NCBI RefSeq assembly: GCF_036321535.1
Contig: NC_087437.1
Span: 27,530,001 to 27,594,000, forward strand
From: Camelus dromedarius
Lineage: Eukaryota
Length of the DNA stretch: 64,000 nucleotides
Reading direction: 5' to 3'
The notes beneath the pieces were generated by a model. It searched no databases and had not been told where the DNA came from. It saw only the letters and a program-made list of their open reading frames with translations. A program made the translations under genes and the position numbers. Below are positions 63,264-64,000 of the stretch, in pieces (positions within the stretch are counted from its first letter, which is position 1; every line of letters begins with the position of its first letter).

Positions 63264-63772
63264 ATTGGATAAACTTTCCCAGAGTTGTTCTGATAAACAG
63301 ATGTCGCTTGTTTATGCTGTGGTGACATGTGGGATGAACAGGCACTAGCAAGTTTAAGGGAAGCTTTTGTGGTGGTGAGACTTCAGGGAACTTGCCTGAG
63401 GTTAACCAAAATCAAGGGAAATGCTGTGGGTGATCTCATCCAGTTTCTTTTTCTTTTTTCTTTCATTATTTTTTTTAAACCTTAAGAGTAAGCCACACCT
63501 GAAATTAGTAGACTCGACCTTCTTCTCTGTCCAACAAACTGATGTTAGCTCAGCACACTTGTTTGTATTTCTGGTTTGTGTGAGGGTTGTGTGGTTATCT
63601 TTGGCCATTTAGTTTCCTTGGCGGTGGGACTGAGAAATTTTTTGTGGTCTTAGACAATTAATGCCGTAGAGAGCTGCATATATCTCTTTAGTTTCCATGG
63701 AGTACAGTGGTGATTCCTGTCTTGTTTTGTGTGGGCCAGGCGGCGTAATCAGAATGAAGACTCAGTGAGGCT

Positions 63773-64000
63773 CTACAAAACAGGAACAGACTCACAGACA
63801 TAGTAAACAGTCTTATGGTTACCAGGGGAAAGAGGGTGGGAAGAGATAAATTTGGGAGTTGGAGATTTGCAAATAGTAACTACTATACATAAAAATAGAT
63901 TAAAAAAAAGAATTTCTTCTATATAGCACAGGGAACTATATTCAATTATCTTGTAATAACCTTTAATGAGAAAGAGTATGAAAACAAATATATGTATGTA
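63773..64000 (+). mobile_element. LINE-1 3'UTR (cetartiodactyl type), runs off window end
   Basis: AACAGACTCACAGACATAG...TATGGTTACCAGGGG...TATAGCACAGGGAACTATATTCAA. Confidence 0.9.

Larger units (their letters stand above)
1..64000 (+). other. MED12L: Intron of host gene MED12L (no exon recognised in window)
   Basis: Established synteny: the P2RY14 cluster is nested antisense in a large MED12L intron. Inferred only; no MED12L sequence was seen directly. Confidence 0.7.

Noticed and set aside
56700..64000. GPR87 coding sequence
   Set aside because: No GPCR-like ORF here; by synteny it should lie beyond the window end.
1..64000. CRISPR array, prokaryotic operon or novel multi-gene system
   Set aside because: The sequence is ordinary mammalian intronic DNA; no repeat-spacer arrays or unexplained long ORFs were seen.

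Overview
Mammalian genomic DNA, almost certainly camelid (three Vic-1-type tRNA-derived SINEs). The only supportable protein-coding gene is P2RY14 (UDP-glucose receptor) on the minus strand. It has an intact single-exon CDS (8002->6983, 339 aa) and two non-coding 5' exons (12726-12831 and one ending at 55609), so it spans about 50 kb. By known synteny the window lies inside the large MED12L intron that hosts the GPR171/P2RY14/GPR87/P2RY13/P2RY12 cluster. No MED12L exon was recognised; a possible GPR171 first exon lies near 1040. The rest is intronic DNA with L1, L2, MIR, hAT DNA transposons and two ERV1-type solo LTRs. The most notable observations are a 5'-truncated EIF1 retrocopy with target-site duplications (TSDs), a local AT->GC shift (GC-biased gene conversion, gBGC, signature) over the 5' half of the P2RY14 CDS and one end of a neighbouring MER33, a same-strand solo LTR just upstream of P2RY14 exon 1, uORFs, and candidate cassette exons and recursive splice sites. 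I found no evidence of a genuinely new biological system. Homology and repeat-family calls come from recalled sequences, not searches, and repeat boundaries are approximate.
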